Of a stretch of 35,679 nt of DNA, positions 35,468 to 35,679 are shown in pieces. The position numbers and the translations under genes are program-made. Under the pieces are notes generated by a model, which was not told where the DNA came from, searched no databases, and worked only from the letters and a program-made list of their open reading frames with translations. Location of the stretch: positions 1 through 35,679 of the forward strand of contig JAQGDQ010001539.1 in the NCBI GenBank assembly GCA_030141605.1, given 5' to 3'. Position 1 is the first letter of the stretch. Each line of letters opens with the position of its first letter. The DNA is from Tubiluchus corallicola (Eukaryota > Animalia > Priapulida).

Positions 35468-35677
35468 CTAAAATAAGTGAGCAGTATCGCCATGTATCTG
35501 TTCTACATTGATAGTTCTCCTTTCTTCAACGTGATGCTCTGTTGTAGTTGACTCTGCGCTGTCGCCACCTGGTGTTAACCGTTTAGTTGAAGTAATGGTG
35601 ATGGTACGTTCTTCATGCACAGGTTTAGCCGTGGAGCTTATGGTTATGTGACTGACTTGACTTCTTGCTGGTACAAC
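35468..35677 (-). CDS. Inverted duplicate of the PDZ gene terminal exon (69 aa, ...GDSAESTTTEHHVEERRTINVEQIHGDTAHLF*); last exon of a convergent paralog or an orphan copy
   Basis: AG acceptor at 35679-35678, then a 210-nt open frame to TAG at 35470-35468. Upstream exons would lie outside the window. Confidence 0.55.
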   Translation of the reverse strand, partial: VVPARSQVSHITISSTAKPVHEERTITITSTKRLTPGGDSAESTTTEHHVEERRTINVEQIHGDTAHLF

Positions 35678-35679
35678 CT

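Larger units (their letters stand above)
33665..35679. repeat. Long inverted repeat: arms 33665..~34342 and ~35020..35679 with a ~680-bp spacer
   Basis: The window end reverse-complements to AGGTTGTACCAGCAAGAAGTCAAG... at 33665. The arms are collinear with scattered substitutions and small indels. Confidence 0.95.

Noticed and set aside
1-35679. CRISPR array, tRNA/rRNA genes, intact transposase or prokaryotic system
   Set aside because: No repeat-spacer periodicity, RNA gene signature or transposase/RT ORF was seen, and the genes have spliceosomal introns.

Overview
AT-rich, intron-containing eukaryotic DNA, most likely from an invertebrate animal. No prokaryotic operons, CRISPR arrays or RNA genes are evident. 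(1) 1-7126 holds three copies of a small spliced gene for a secreted Gly/Tyr/His-rich protein. Copy A (minus) is cut by the window edge and copy C (minus) is intact at 187 aa. Copy B (plus) is an inverted, frameshifted copy that appears to lack its promoter and sits head-to-head with A around a spacer carrying one TATA box and leader exon. (2) 7.1-13.9 kb is intergenic, with microsatellites and MITE-like repeats. (3) 13936-33795 is a six-coding-exon plus-strand gene, reconstructed by hand with consistent GT-AG phases (1119 aa). It encodes a signal peptide, an almost absent ectodomain, a glycine-zipper TM helix, an NPxF motif, a periaxin/AHNAK-type PDZ domain and a long charged, Ser/Pro-rich tail in one 2.65-kb exon. 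(4) Its last exon and 3' flank are repeated in inverted orientation at the window end, and that copy has one extra base that extends the C-terminus by 27 aa. Family assignments rest on recalled sequences and need database confirmation.
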